64,000 nucleotides of DNA from Octopus bimaculoides (taxonomy: Eukaryota), in assembly GCF_001194135.2 (NCBI RefSeq), contig NC_068982.1, positions 107,155,557 to 107,219,556 on the forward strand, given 5' to 3'. Shown one piece after another: positions 63,372 to 64,000 of this stretch. Both the position numbers and the translations under genes were made by a program. The notes below the pieces were generated by a model. That model was not told the origin of the DNA and searched no databases. It saw nothing but the letters and a program-made list of their open reading frames with translations. How positions within the stretch are numbered: position 1 is the first letter of the stretch; each line of letters begins with the position of its first letter.

Positions 63372-63910
63372 GTTCAGTATATGTCCGGTCATAGTGTGAC
63401 CGATGGTTTCGCATCCATAAAGGGCTTATCACACGGATGACTCGTCAGTCTCTTAAGCTGGAGGTATGTAATTCTTTAACTCTGGGAGGTAGGAATTTGT
63501 TGCGGTCAGCTAGTTAGTAAGTAAACAAAGAATAGGCAATCTTGGTCGGCGTGGACGGGTTATCTCCCTTAGATCAGTCCATGTGTGTCAAAAAAAAAAA
63601 GTGGGGAACAGGGTATTTTGCCCTTAGGTTGCTTTTAGCTCGTAAGGGCCATTTCAGATCTAATTGACGAATGGGGAATCCCGTGCTTGCAGCAGGTAGC
63701 GTTTGAAATGGATGCAGGGATTGTAAATTTCTTGCGTGAATTCAGTAATTCTGGTTTCAGGGAGTCTTTGAAGATCTTTGCTCGCTCAGCTATGCAAAGC
63801 TTGCCGCGTCCGCCCAAAGTTAATATAGGATCCCGGCCGTTCTATGATCCTCCACTTGATATCGTATGGGGTCCCTTCATCTTTGAAGTGCCACACGTGG
63901 CTTGCCAGGG
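63372..63910 (-). mobile_element. Penelope-like element 3' end (GIY-YIG C-terminus plus terminal region)
   Basis: SLASHVWHFKDEGTPYDIKWRIIERPGSY / KLCIAERAKIFKDSLKPELLNSR / EIYNPCIHFKRYLL across frameshifts (cf. LS.YIW.LK..G..Y.I.W.I..C.LC..EK..I...LLN.R.E....C.H); 5' junction in TA-rich repeats at ~63911. Confidence 0.8.
63386..63455 (-). ncRNA. Truncated type I hammerhead-ribozyme-like motif
   Basis: Minus strand: CTGACGA (63448-63442), G-T-CATCC[18-nt loop]GGATG-C helix II, GAAA (63410-63407), CCAT-CGGTCA-CACTA-TGACCG partial helix III. The expected ATGG-UH cleavage strand and helix I partner are absent. Confidence 0.55.
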
Positions 63911-64000
63911 ATGTATATATATATATACACACATAATATATATATATATATACACACACATAATATATATATATATATACACACATAATATATATATTAT

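Overview
AT-rich, repeat-saturated animal genomic DNA from a gapped draft assembly. Most N-runs are bordered by microsatellites. The SINE families and the extreme microsatellite density suggest an octopus or other coleoid cephalopod; this is inference from recalled repeat families, not a database match. Almost all ORFs in the supplied track are artefacts of microsatellites or N-gaps. Host-gene content: (i) a convincing first coding exon of a secreted DNase I-family gene on the minus strand (46103-46255), with a signal peptide, RIGALNVQDF-like N-terminus, phase-0 GT donor and a CCAAT/GC/TATA cluster upstream, but no further exons recognisable in the 46 kb downstream; (ii) a probably decayed ankyrin-repeat exon (3762-3864) next to an unexplained ~300-bp degenerate tandem array. 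Mobile DNA dominates: several R4/Dong-clade (restriction-like endonuclease) LINE copies including a near-full-length relic (59.7-63.4 kb), a Tx1-clade LINE (27.5-30.6 kb) plus a second 3' relic, RTE and other RT relics, two Penelope GIY-YIG fragments, a Helitron helicase relic, a hAT transposase relic, Tc1/mariner- and hAT-type MITEs, and at least three tRNA-derived SINE families (called A, B, C here). Most interesting signals: each retroelement family seems tied to its own microsatellite (R4-ACAT, R4-TAA, Tx1-TATC, Penelope-TA); a truncated hammerhead ribozyme in a Penelope terminal region; two long fold-back palindromes built around the hammerhead-like motif GAAACAGCTGTA; and two X-SINE-X-SINE-X tandem arrays.
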